Shown here in pieces: positions 49,284 through 58,603 of a stretch of DNA of 59,501 nt (the stretch's first letter is position 1; every line of letters begins with the position of its first letter). The stretch is taken from NCBI GenBank assembly GCA_019057375.1, contig DXJF01000094.1, forward strand, positions 1 through 59,501, read 5' to 3'. Made by a program: the position numbers and the translations under genes. The notes beneath the pieces are model-generated. The model was given only the letters and a program-made list of their open reading frames with translations, was not told where the DNA came from and did not search any database. Source of the stretch: Candidatus Heimdallarchaeota archaeon (GTDB taxonomy: Archaea > Asgardarchaeota > Heimdallarchaeia > Heimdallarchaeales > Heimdallarchaeaceae).

Positions 49284-50339
49284 CTATGTTTTTTTGCTTT
49301 TTATTTTCTTAATACTATAGGGAACTAAAAATTTCAAAGTTTCAAGTAAGAAATATAGACCATATACATATGTGAAGAAGACAGCTAGCATAGGACCAAA
49401 AGATGCACTTGAGTACATTCCTTCAAACAACTCACCAATTTTGATTAAGGGATAAGTTAGAATGTATGCAGGATTTATCCCATGTTCAACTGTATAGGGT
49501 GAGGATATACCGTTATAGAGAAAACCTGTACGTTTAGCTTTCAATTCATCGAAGATAGCTTGTTCAGTGAATTCAGAAGTATTAAGTGTAGTATAGGCGT
49601 ATACAGGCTCAGGGTTGTGCATATCTGTTCCTGTTATCATCCCTAAACCGTTATCAAGACAGAAATAATATGACTCATTATCAAAAGTTTCATAATTTAT
49701 TATCTCTATATAATCTATCCCCCAGTCTCTGAACTGTTCACTTGTTGGATGATTTCGACAATAGTCCATTGACCAAGGAATATGATTTATCTGTATGATT
49801 CCTCCAAGGTTGTGAGTATTAGTTATTAGCTCTTGAATTTCCAAATCGGTTGGTGTATATGCGTAGCTGCTAAAAGTTAACAATTCCTCATAATCTTCTG
49901 CAGTGGTATCAGGGGGAAGAATAATGTTCAAGTGGCATCTATCAGTTGTCCATTCCATTCCTATTAAGACTTTTATCGAGTCATTGAATTCGTTTCGAGC
50001 AATCTCTCTTATTTCTTCTATTCCATCGAATGTATTATGATCTGTCAATACCATAGCATTGAATCCCATTGCTAAATGCCATAGTATGTTTTGTCTAGGT
50101 GAAAGACTTCCATCTGAGTAATATGTATGGGAATGTCCATCAAATAGAATATTCCACTCAGTTTTATTATAATTGGGACTATATGAGAAATCATCCCAAT
50201 CTGAATCTGTATATTTGAACTTACTAGGTGTCTTAATCGTCAGAGAAATAGATATTGCTATTATCCCCCAAAAAATAATATTTAGTATAGCAAACCGAAT
50301 TGCTAGTTTCTTCCAGTACTTCCAATTCATAAAAATCAA
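49284..50339 (-). CDS. Membrane-anchored PHP-family metallohydrolase
   Basis: DGHSHTYYSDG, TDHN, GMEWT, NHIP and GTDMH motifs; TM helices at both ends. Confidence 0.85.
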   Translation of the reverse strand: MIFMNWKYWKKLAIRFAILNIIFWGIIAISISLTIKTPSKFKYTDSDWDDFSYSPNYNKTEWNILFDGHSHTYYSDGSLSPRQNILWHLAMGFNAMVLTDHNTFDGIEEIREIARNEFNDSIKVLIGMEWTTDRCHLNIILPPDTTAEDYEELLTFSSYAYTPTDLEIQELITNTHNLGGIIQINHIPWSMDYCRNHPTSEQFRDWGIDYIEIINYETFDNESYYFCLDNGLGMITGTDMHNPEPVYAYTTLNTSEFTEQAIFDELKAKRTGFLYNGISSPYTVEHGINPAYILTYPLIKIGELFEGMYSSASFGPMLAVFFTYVYGLYFLLETLKFLVPYSIKKIKSKKT

Positions 50340-50591
50340 CCAGTCTTGTTTCTTTGAATTTGATTTAAGTTATTTTTAAACCTTGAGAAAAGCTTCCAGT
50401 AGAAACAAACCCACTCCCTTCTCAATAAGAACCCTATCTGAAAAGATAGTTTATGAGAAGGTAGTCTACAAAAGATGTAAGGCAACAGATAAAGAAAAGA
50501 AATTTGTTTAAAATCATTCACTAAGTTTCTAAAATCTGAAAAAAAACAAAAGAAACAAAACTTAATAGTATTAAAAGACATATTTAGCGTT

Positions 50592-50921
50592 GTGACTACT
50601 GAAGAAGAACAAAAGGAGAAACTAGAAATTAAACCTTCTAGCAAAATCAGCTTCTTAATCATTGTTGCTATAGCATTAGGAGTTGATATATCTGCACTTG
50701 TATCAAACTACGCAAGTCGTAACTTGATATTTATACTCGTCCCATTAGGTTTCTTTTTTACATTAGTAATGACTATCATAGCAATTTACTTAAAAAGAAC
50801 TAAAAAGAAAACAGATTTCATGGTTTTTGTTCTATTAGTAATTATTGCGGGAGTAGTAATAACGGCTGTAACATTAGTATTTTCAATTTTACTTTTGATT
50901 TTCATCATCGGTCATATGTAA
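50592..50921 (+). CDS. Small 3-TM membrane protein
   Basis: Charged N-terminus, then three hydrophobic helices. Confidence 0.65.
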   Translation: MTTEEEQKEKLEIKPSSKISFLIIVAIALGVDISALVSNYASRNLIFILVPLGFFFTLVMTIIAIYLKRTKKKTDFMVFVLLVIIAGVVITAVTLVFSILLLIFIIGHM

Positions 50922-51134
50922 ATAAGCAATTGAAAACAGAGAAATTACAAGATTAGCAATTACATAAATTAAATAGATTTGTCGTTCAGCTTCTGTTTAT
51001 ATAGTAATAGCAACATAATAAAAATTTGTTAAAACCAAGATAAATTTACATAACTAAACTAGATATGTTTTTAAGAGATACATTAAAACTTATTTTCAGT
51101 AAATTAACGAGATTACCTCATTAAACTATTAGAT

Positions 51135-51836
51135 GTGAAATGTATGAGTAAGAGATTTAATATAGATTTCAAAAACATGAACTTCGTCAAAGTTTTCTAT
51201 GGTGTAATATTAATTGGAGCCTTTGTTACAATTATGTTACTTAGTTTTCGAGGTTCTCCAGAAGAACTAATAACCAATATACTAATAGAATCAGATGATG
51301 ATTTTGCCAAATATGATTTAGCTGGAGAAGGCACTGCTCTTAGTCCGTACAGTATAGATGGCTTAACTCTCGATTCAGGTGTAGATAAAGGTATTGTGAT
51401 TAAAAACACCTCCAAATACTTCAATATTAGCGGTTGCAATATTTCTAACACTAATGTTGTCGGTATTCTTCTTGAAAATGTAACTCAAGGAACAGGTTTA
51501 ATTCAAGATAATATTTTTATTAACACTACAGTTGCTATTCAGATCATAGAAACAATAAATTGTACAATTAATAATAATCAATTCAGTTTAGGTCATGATT
51601 ATAGTATTGTTCTAAGTACTACAGCTACTGATATATCTGTATATTCTAATGATTTCATAGATAATAATGTAGGAGGAGGAACTCAAACAATCGATAATGG
51701 AAATTCGAATAGTTGGTACAATATAGTAACAACTAGTGGCAATTTCTGGTCTGATTTGGGGACAAATTCAACCTACATCATAGATGGTACTGCTGGTTCA
51801 ATTGATCTTCATCCTCTTGCGAATCCTATCTTCTAA
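51135..51836 (+). CDS. Short parallel beta-helix (NosD-like) membrane-anchored protein
   Basis: GEGTALSPYSIDG, GNFWSD and IDG.AGSID.HPL motifs shared with the 18482 protein. Confidence 0.85.
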   Translation: MKCMSKRFNIDFKNMNFVKVFYGVILIGAFVTIMLLSFRGSPEELITNILIESDDDFAKYDLAGEGTALSPYSIDGLTLDSGVDKGIVIKNTSKYFNISGCNISNTNVVGILLENVTQGTGLIQDNIFINTTVAIQIIETINCTINNNQFSLGHDYSIVLSTTATDISVYSNDFIDNNVGGGTQTIDNGNSNSWYNIVTTSGNFWSDLGTNSTYIIDGTAGSIDLHPLANPIF

Positions 51837-51959
51837 TTTCCTCTTTTCTTTTTATTCTGTTTTTCATTAGATTTGGACAAAACTTTTCTACATCCAAAAT
51901 TTACAGTCTCAAACGATAGTTTTATAAAATCCTTTCACAGAAAAATCACTAGCTTGAAA

Positions 51960-51977
51960 TTTTGGACGCATCCAAAA
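51960..51977. promoter_or_regulatory. Palindromic operator upstream of feoAB (metal-repressor-box candidate)
   Basis: TTTTGGA-CGCA-TCCAAAA, a perfect 7-bp inverted repeat 30 nt upstream of feoA; further half-sites tttggac (51872) and catccaaaa (51891). Confidence 0.55.
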
Positions 51978-52006
51978 ATTTTCTTTCAAAAAAATGAGGT
52001 ATTGCT

Positions 52007-52231
52007 TTGTCGCAAAATGATTCCTTGATTAATATGCCCGAAAATGCTGTAGTGACCGTCAAAGCAATCAAAGCGGGATTCAAAGCTATTCGTTTCTTAG
52101 CTGATCTTGGAATTCATGAGGGAGAAAAAATCCGAATAGTTAAAAATGACATAGGTCCAGTAATAGTAGACGTTAAAGGAACTCGTGTCGCTATAGGAAG
52201 AGGATTAGCTGGAAAAATAGAAGTCTCATAG
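52007..52231 (+). CDS. feoA: Ferrous iron transport protein A
   Basis: RFLADLGI..GEKI...GPVIVDVKGTRVAIGRG (SH3-like FeoA); adjacent to feoB. Confidence 0.93.
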   Translation: MSQNDSLINMPENAVVTVKAIKAGFKAIRFLADLGIHEGEKIRIVKNDIGPVIVDVKGTRVAIGRGLAGKIEVS

Positions 52232-52233
52232 GT

Positions 52234-54426
52234 TTGAGTATTATGCCTAAACAATGTCCTCATTGTGGAAAGAAGAACCGTTTTCATAGACACAGAAGAG
52301 ACTATCGAAAATTCAAGAAGGGGTTAGTTTTTTCCGAAAGACTCTCCAAGCCACAAAAGAGAACCAAAAAACAACAAATATTTAATGGTCATTCTATTGA
52401 GCATAAAATAGCTTTTCTTGGGAATCCTAATGTTGGCAAATCTTCACTTTTTAATGTATTAACTGGTTCTCATCAACATATAGGAAACTGGCCTGGTAAA
52501 ACTGTAGAACGAAAAGAAGGACACTTTATTCTTTCTGATGAATATTTCTCTTTAGTTGATCTACCAGGAGCTTATTCTCTCTCAGCTCGTTCTGAAGAAG
52601 AGGTTATTACTCGAAATTTTATTGTTGAGGAAAAACCTGATCTTGTTTGTGTAATAGCAGATGTAACTCGTTTAGAAAGAACTTTGTTTATAGCACTTCA
52701 AGCAATGGAGCTCACAGAAAATGTTGCAATTATCATAAATATGAAGGATTTAGCAGAAAAAGATTGTCTAGATTTAGATGTCGGTATCCTTGAGGAAAAA
52801 CTAAGCATTCCTATTCTCTATGTTTGTGCATATGAAGATGAAAGCATCATAAGAATAAAGAAATTTATCTATGATTCTTTACACACCACGAAATATACCT
52901 TTAACCCTGCAATGATAGTGTATTCTCGAAAAATTGAGTATATGATAAAGAATATTTCTAATCAAATTGAAGATAGGAAATTACTAAGCGAATATCCCAC
53001 ACGATGGGTAGCATTTAGAATTCTTGAAGGTGATCAAATTGTTAAAGATGAACTAGCTAAAGAATATGACTTAGCTGATATTGAAAACAAGATTGAGAAA
53101 CTAGCCAAAGAAGAGCAATTCGACCCAGCAGTTGAAATCTCTAAGAGAAAATATAATGCTTTACATCATATGGTATATTCTGCTCTTTCTGGATTTGAAG
53201 ATTTCAAAGAGACTACAAGTGATAAAATAGATAAAGCTCTTCTACATAAGTTCTGGGGATATCTAATCCTTACTGCTATTTTTGCAGCATTTTTCTTAAT
53301 AACCTTTTACGCTTCATCACCAATAATCACTGGAATTGATTGGATATTTGTACAATTTTCTTCTTGGGTATTAACATCCCTAGAGAGTATTAACAGTCCT
53401 GCTTTTCTTAACAGTTTATTAGTTAATGGAGTAATTGCAGGTATTGCAGCTGTTTTATTGTTCTTACCAATAATTTTCATTTTCTATGCTCTAATAGCAA
53501 TACTAGAAGATTCAGGCTATCTGGCACGATCTGCTTATTTGATGGATAAAGTAATGGGGAAATTTGGAATGCAAGGTTCAGCTTTTCTTAGTCTCATCAT
53601 GGGTTTTGGTTGCAATGTAGCTGGAGTGATGGCTACTAGAACTATTAAGAACAAAAGAGAAAGAACAACGATGATTATTGCTAATTCATTCATTCCATGT
53701 GCTGCAAGACTAGGGGTGATTGCATTTCTAACTGGGATATTCTTTCAACCTTGGCTAGCAGCAATTATCATGCTTCTGTTGTATGGAGTTAGCATTTTGT
53801 TGGTTCTGTTAACTGGTCTCATATTCAGATTGTTCTATGAACGTGATGATCCACTTCCTTTAATTCTTGAACTTCCTGAATACCGTCGCCCAAGATTTAG
53901 AAGTGTAATGAATCTTACTTGGGAAAGAACTGGAATTTTTCTAAAAAAAGCAGGTACATTCATCTTTGTCGCTTCCTTAGTAATCTGGTTCCTTAGTAAT
54001 GTTCCTTATGTTAAACCAACAGAGAATACTGTTTTACTTTATGTTGGAATGAGTCCTGTGATAGTTACTAAAATTTCCATAGCTGAATTCCTTGGAAGGG
54101 GACTAGAAGCAATGACAATTCCACTCTTTGGATTTGATTGGAAGATGGTTGTACCATTAATATTCGGTATTCCAGCAAAAGAAGTAATTATATCAGCTTT
54201 GAGTATTCTTTATCCAGGAGGAATAACAAAAGTATTATGGACCATACCCCAAGTTATATCCTTCTTGTTGTTCCAACTAACTTATGCTCCTTGTTTTGCA
54301 ACTATTGCTGTAATAAAATCTGAAACTAAAAGTTGGAAACTAACTGCAATTGGTTTCTTCTATCCTTTGATTGTTACGTCGATTTTAACAGTAATCGTAT
54401 TTCAAATATTTTCAGCAATTATGTAG
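52234..54426 (+). CDS. feoB: Ferrous iron transport protein B (likely start ATG 52243)
   Basis: GNPNVGKS, GNWPGKTVE, DLPGAYSL, GFGCNV, PCAARL and YAPCFAT motifs. Confidence 0.97.
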   Translation: MSIMPKQCPHCGKKNRFHRHRRDYRKFKKGLVFSERLSKPQKRTKKQQIFNGHSIEHKIAFLGNPNVGKSSLFNVLTGSHQHIGNWPGKTVERKEGHFILSDEYFSLVDLPGAYSLSARSEEEVITRNFIVEEKPDLVCVIADVTRLERTLFIALQAMELTENVAIIINMKDLAEKDCLDLDVGILEEKLSIPILYVCAYEDESIIRIKKFIYDSLHTTKYTFNPAMIVYSRKIEYMIKNISNQIEDRKLLSEYPTRWVAFRILEGDQIVKDELAKEYDLADIENKIEKLAKEEQFDPAVEISKRKYNALHHMVYSALSGFEDFKETTSDKIDKALLHKFWGYLILTAIFAAFFLITFYASSPIITGIDWIFVQFSSWVLTSLESINSPAFLNSLLVNGVIAGIAAVLLFLPIIFIFYALIAILEDSGYLARSAYLMDKVMGKFGMQGSAFLSLIMGFGCNVAGVMATRTIKNKRERTTMIIANSFIPCAARLGVIAFLTGIFFQPWLAAIIMLLLYGVSILLVLLTGLIFRLFYERDDPLPLILELPEYRRPRFRSVMNLTWERTGIFLKKAGTFIFVASLVIWFLSNVPYVKPTENTVLLYVGMSPVIVTKISIAEFLGRGLEAMTIPLFGFDWKMVVPLIFGIPAKEVIISALSILYPGGITKVLWTIPQVISFLLFQLTYAPCFATIAVIKSETKSWKLTAIGFFYPLIVTSILTVIVFQIFSAIM

Positions 54427-54436
54427 GAAGAATATA

Positions 54437-54610
54437 ATGAACACAAAAAACACAACTCTTGAAAAAGTCTCCTTCTGGTTAAGGTTAAGAAGACGAGTAG
54501 TAAGATTTTTTTTGCCCCAAGGTAGTTGTACTGGTTCATGTAATGATTGTGCTGCTTGCCCTTGGATAGATAGAGAGAAATATTCTTTTGAAATAAAAAA
54601 AAGAGAATGA
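54437..54610 (+). CDS. FeoB-associated Cys-rich microprotein (57 aa)
   Basis: Own translation: MNTKNTTLEKVSFWLRLRRRVVRFFLPQGSCTGSCNDCAACPWIDREKYSFEIKKRE; starts 10 nt after the feoB stop. Confidence 0.7.
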   Translation: MNTKNTTLEKVSFWLRLRRRVVRFFLPQGSCTGSCNDCAACPWIDREKYSFEIKKRE

Positions 54611-54719
54611 ACAAAACCAATGAATTATTCTATGTACCGAATATTCTACCTGATTCATGAGTTTTTACTATCTTTTGTTTAAACAAAAATATTAAATGGA
54701 ATGAGTTTTTGCTGAAATC

Positions 54720-55055
54720 ATGCATAAAGTATTCATGATTTTGAGTAGTGCTGATGAAATTGTTCACCGTGAGCTTAGTTTCCCATATGCTTATAATTCA
54801 AAGAAGCAGGGTTGGATGGATCAAGTTAGAGTTATTCTCTGGGGACCAACAGAAAAAATAGCTGCTGAAAATAGAGACTTTCAAGAACAAATTCGTCTAC
54901 TTATGGATGCTAAAGTAGAAGTTATTGCTTGTAAAGCTTGTAGTGACAATTTTGGGGTGAGTGAAGAGTTAGAGAAGATTGGTATTAATGTTCAATATGT
55001 AGGAACATTAGTAACTGAAATGCTGAAAGATGGTTGGTATCAACTCACTTTCTGA
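54720..55055 (+). CDS. DsrE-family protein
   Basis: VILWGP and ACKACSD motifs. Confidence 0.85.
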   Translation: MHKVFMILSSADEIVHRELSFPYAYNSKKQGWMDQVRVILWGPTEKIAAENRDFQEQIRLLMDAKVEVIACKACSDNFGVSEELEKIGINVQYVGTLVTEMLKDGWYQLTF

Positions 55056-55058
55056 TTT

Positions 55059-55703
55059 TCAGTCGTAGAGGTGACCATGTAGGATAGCTCCAGTTGAAGT
55101 TGTATAGACTCCTTTTTGAATCCAATCTTCAATCAATTTTAATGATGTCTCCTCGTCAATCCCTTCTATTGCATCAATTACCAAATAGATTTCTAGATCT
55201 CCAAAATTTAGGAACCCTTCAATTGCTGTTCGTACGCAGAAATCTATTGCAACTCCATAAATTATTACTTTCTTTGGTTTAATTATACCTATTAAAGGCA
55301 TTAAATTGGGGTTTGAAAAAGCACTTAATTCTGTTTTTCTAAACATGATAGGACCTTTGGCTTCTAAAGCTTCAACTAATTTTTTTTCAGGATATGTAAC
55401 AGGGTCTATCCAGTTAGTCAAATCTGATCTGGTTTCAATTATCTTTTCTTGACCTGGATCATTTTGCATGCAGTGTGGTGGAAAAGTTTCAGAAAAATCA
55501 GGATTATCTTTGTCTATTTCAGGATCTGTATCTGAATGAAAATCAACTGATCCAAGAATTCTAATATTGTTTAATCTTGCATATTGGGTGAGTTTTTCCA
55601 AGTTTTCTTTGAGATTTTCTGCGCCTTGAACGTAAAGCTTCCCATCTTGTTCCATAAAATCTCTCTGAGTGTCTACATCCCAAAATATGATTTCCATTGA
55701 CAT
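55059..55703 (-). CDS. pncA: Isochorismatase/nicotinamidase family cysteine hydrolase
   Basis: DVDTQRDF, DFH, PPHC, FRK and GVAIDFCV motifs. Confidence 0.85.
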   Translation of the reverse strand: MSMEIIFWDVDTQRDFMEQDGKLYVQGAENLKENLEKLTQYARLNNIRILGSVDFHSDTDPEIDKDNPDFSETFPPHCMQNDPGQEKIIETRSDLTNWIDPVTYPEKKLVEALEAKGPIMFRKTELSAFSNPNLMPLIGIIKPKKVIIYGVAIDFCVRTAIEGFLNFGDLEIYLVIDAIEGIDEETSLKLIEDWIQKGVYTTSTGAILHGHLYD

Positions 55704-55765
55704 TTAAATCAACTTTAACTATTTATTTGGTCATTTAAAAAGGTTCTATATGATTAGTTTATCTT

Positions 55766-56416
55766 CTATTCCTTTCTTAATCCTCTGATATTCGGCTTTA
55801 ATTCAGCAAATGGTATAGCTCCTTGTCTAACAATTCTTGGAGGTTTTGATGAAATGTCTACAATTGTTGAAGACTGACCAATATCTACTTTTCCTCCATC
55901 AATAATGTATGGAATTTTGCCGTTGAAGTAATTTAAAACTTCTTTAGCTTTAGTTGCACTTGGTTCTTCTGATATATTGGCACTAGTTGTAGCTAAAGGT
56001 GTATGTGTGATGTTAATTAACTCTTGTACGATTAAGTTATCTGGAAAACGAACTCCTACAGTACTTTGTCCAGAAGTTACAATGTCATTTACTGTTGCAT
56101 TCTTTTCAACTATTATTGTTAAAGCTCCTGGCCAGAACTTTTCAGCAAGAGTGAAAAACAAAGGTTTAATATTTTTTGCTAAATCATATACTTGTTCAAC
56201 ACTTGATATTAATACATTAACAGGTTTATTTGTTGGTCGTCCTTTTATTTTATACAATTCCTTAACCGCTTCCTCATTGAAAACATCGCATCCCATTCCA
56301 TAGATTGTATCTGTTGGAAAAGCAACAATTTGACCATCAGAAATAGCATTAGCTACATCTCTGATTTTGTTCATGTTTAATTGATCAATATTTACAGTAA
56401 AAACTTCTGTTTCCAT
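55766..56416 (-). CDS. tsaC: L-threonylcarbamoyladenylate synthase (single YrdC domain)
   Basis: FPTDTIYG, KGRP.NKP, WPGALT and TTSANIS motifs; no Sua5 C-terminal domain. Confidence 0.93.
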   Translation of the reverse strand: METEVFTVNIDQLNMNKIRDVANAISDGQIVAFPTDTIYGMGCDVFNEEAVKELYKIKGRPTNKPVNVLISSVEQVYDLAKNIKPLFFTLAEKFWPGALTIIVEKNATVNDIVTSGQSTVGVRFPDNLIVQELINITHTPLATTSANISEEPSATKAKEVLNYFNGKIPYIIDGGKVDIGQSSTIVDISSKPPRIVRQGAIPFAELKPNIRGLRKE

Positions 56417-56515
56417 GTTTAATCACATTAGGTTATGTGTTTACATTTATTCTATTCTCCTTAAGTATTTTCCTTACTTTTGATTCACAAAAAAATTTAA
56501 CATCTTGTAAAGTAA

Positions 56516-57301
56516 ATGTATTTGAAGAAAATGGCCAAAGATCATCAAAAAACAATATTAATTGCAGCTCCAGGAAGTGGAATTGGAAAAATTGTAACTG
56601 AAAAACTAGTTAAGGATTACTTTCGAGTAATAGGTATAGGAGGTAAGAACAGCAAAGAATTTGTTGAAATTCTTAATCAAAATGGTTATTCTATAGACTT
56701 TGTAGAGTGTGATTACACATCTGAAAGTAGTGTTATTGAAGCTTTTAATGAGGTTAAAATTCTTGTTCCAAAAATCGACGGGTTAATCATTTTCGTTGGA
56801 AGAAGTTTGATTAGTAAACCAATTGAAGATGTAAGTTACAGTGACTTTAGAAATGTGTTAGCTGTTAATCTAGATTCAACTTTTCTAATAGGTAAAGAGG
56901 GTTATATGTGGATGCAAGAGCAAGATGGAGGAAATATACTCTTCTTTGGATCAACCACGGGATTAAGACCTTCTAAAGAGAAAATGCCTTATGGTGTTGC
57001 AAAAGCTGCTGTTCACAACTTGACCTTATCGTTTGCTCAAGAAGGCGCAGAACATAAGATTATCACAAATGCAATTGCTCCAGGATATGTTATGACTGGC
57101 AGACATATTGATGAGCTCAAAAATAAAGCTCTAGAATCTGGTGATTCATATGATAATATTTTACTTAAGATTGAAAATAAGAATCCTATGAAACAATCAC
57201 TAAAACCTGAAGAAGTATACCCTCTCATCAAATTACTCTTAACTACAGATCATATTCAGGGGCAGGTTATTAGAATAGATTCCGGTCAGGTTTTGGGCTA
57301 A
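56516..57301 (+). CDS. Short-chain dehydrogenase/reductase
   Basis: AAPGSGIG, YGVAK and NAIAPG motifs. Confidence 0.88.
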   Translation: MYLKKMAKDHQKTILIAAPGSGIGKIVTEKLVKDYFRVIGIGGKNSKEFVEILNQNGYSIDFVECDYTSESSVIEAFNEVKILVPKIDGLIIFVGRSLISKPIEDVSYSDFRNVLAVNLDSTFLIGKEGYMWMQEQDGGNILFFGSTTGLRPSKEKMPYGVAKAAVHNLTLSFAQEGAEHKIITNAIAPGYVMTGRHIDELKNKALESGDSYDNILLKIENKNPMKQSLKPEEVYPLIKLLLTTDHIQGQVIRIDSGQVLG

Positions 57302-57304
57302 AAC

Positions 57305-58213
57305 CTAACGCTTGTACTTCTTTGGTTTCTCCCCACAAACAGGACAAGCTAAACCATATCTGAAGAATGTATCATGGTCTTTTTGACATTCTAGGATATC
57401 CTCTTTGGAGATTTTTGCTAGAGATTCTGTGATCCGTTCTTCATATTCCTCTCTATTAAGCCATTCACCTCTTCTCATTAGTTCGGTATAAGGAACGAAG
57501 ACTAAATATGTAAAAGAAACAGGTAAAATTCCTCTTTCTTCGTCTTCATCACTATAACTACCTATGTAATCTTCAAGAAGAGTAACAATTTGATTTAGAA
57601 TCTTCTCCATATCTTCTTGAGTAAATTTGTATAAAACTCCTGGAGTTACAATATTATTGCGCAACCTAGTAGGGTTCATCCAATCAACATACCAATCCTT
57701 AGATTCTTCAACTTCGTTTGTTACGAGTACTCTATCTTTGTGTAATAAAGCTGCATAATGGGATAGTATTCCTCGAATTTTAAGTAAATTGAAGAAAGTA
57801 AACTTCCTATGAGGTGCCCTGAATCCTTCATGATGAAGTTCACTCAGAATTTGTTTGAATTCATCGTAATAGATTCTTGGTATATTGTATACTTTTTGTT
57901 TAACTCTTCTTCCTTTCTCATTATAAATGATCAATTCATCTGTTTCGAGTAAGTTAAATTCCTCAGATTGAAGAATTTTGAGATTATGATAAACAGAGCT
58001 AAGGTGCATATTTAAGCTAGAAGCAATGTCAGATGCTGTAATCCCTAAAATGGACTTTCCATCTAAACTTTCATATTTTCTGTTTGAGAACTCTGCATCA
58101 AGGATTATGGACCAGACATCTATAGCTGTTGAATATCTTCTGTCTTGGGCTATCTTGAATATCTGCTCTAGATAGATTGTTCCAGTTGATATTGAGTTCT
58201 CTTCGTTTTCCAT
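57305..58213 (-). CDS. Hypothetical winged-helix protein with C-terminal Zn-finger-like motif
   Basis: ITASDIASSLNMHLSSVYHNLKIL HTH; C-terminal CQKDH...CPVC. Confidence 0.7.
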   Translation of the reverse strand: MENEENSISTGTIYLEQIFKIAQDRRYSTAIDVWSIILDAEFSNRKYESLDGKSILGITASDIASSLNMHLSSVYHNLKILQSEEFNLLETDELIIYNEKGRRVKQKVYNIPRIYYDEFKQILSELHHEGFRAPHRKFTFFNLLKIRGILSHYAALLHKDRVLVTNEVEESKDWYVDWMNPTRLRNNIVTPGVLYKFTQEDMEKILNQIVTLLEDYIGSYSDEDEERGILPVSFTYLVFVPYTELMRRGEWLNREEYEERITESLAKISKEDILECQKDHDTFFRYGLACPVCGEKPKKYKR

Positions 58214-58342
58214 TTTATTTCTTTCCTTATTTCGAAGTATACAGCTTCATTATTAACAGCTAGTCTATTTATTTTATGTTGATACCCTTATTAAATTTGC
58301 TTCAAAATGTTTTTTATCCTTAATTTCAAGTTTATTTAATTG

Positions 58343-58486
58343 TTAATTCTCAATCAACCCTTCTTTGATGTCTTCCCTTGGTTCTTTCGCAGTATACTTG
58401 AACATCCAAAAGACTATGCAAGAAAGTACAACACTCACAATAAGAAATACCATTGTACCTAGGACAGCATTTAAGACATTAAGCAT
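58343..58486 (-). CDS. Single-pass membrane microprotein (47 aa)
   Basis: Own translation: MLNVLNAVLGTMVFLIVSVVLSCIVFWMFKYTAKEPREDIKEGLIEN. Confidence 0.5.
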   Translation of the reverse strand: MLNVLNAVLGTMVFLIVSVVLSCIVFWMFKYTAKEPREDIKEGLIEN

Positions 58487-58603
58487 TTTACTTCAAGCAA
58501 CCAAAGTATTAGTTGTTTATATCTGTTATGTAGTTCATTAATGATTCGTGTTTCTTGGAAACTTTAAATAGGGCTCCTTTATAGTACTCATATAAGTGAT
58601 TAA

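Noticed and set aside
54402-54620. Minus-strand 72-aa ORF from the track
   Set aside because: It is the shadow of the plus-strand Cys-rich feo microprotein and overlaps feoB.
37290-55055. Selenocysteine (UGA) recoding in redox proteins, and the 50417-50461 hairpin as a SECIS
   Set aside because: The peroxiredoxins, the YyaL thioredoxin motif and DsrE all have Cys codons with no in-frame TGA. The hairpin lies between gene starts and lacks a clear SECIS core.
55766-56416. Single-domain TsaC rather than two-domain Sua5 as a eukaryote-like trait
   Set aside because: Both forms are known to be patchily distributed in archaea and bacteria, so this is not novel.
1555-57231. Numerous 60-125-aa ORFs nested antisense or out of frame within long genes
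   Set aside because: They lie fully within well-supported genes and have no motifs; they are expected by chance.
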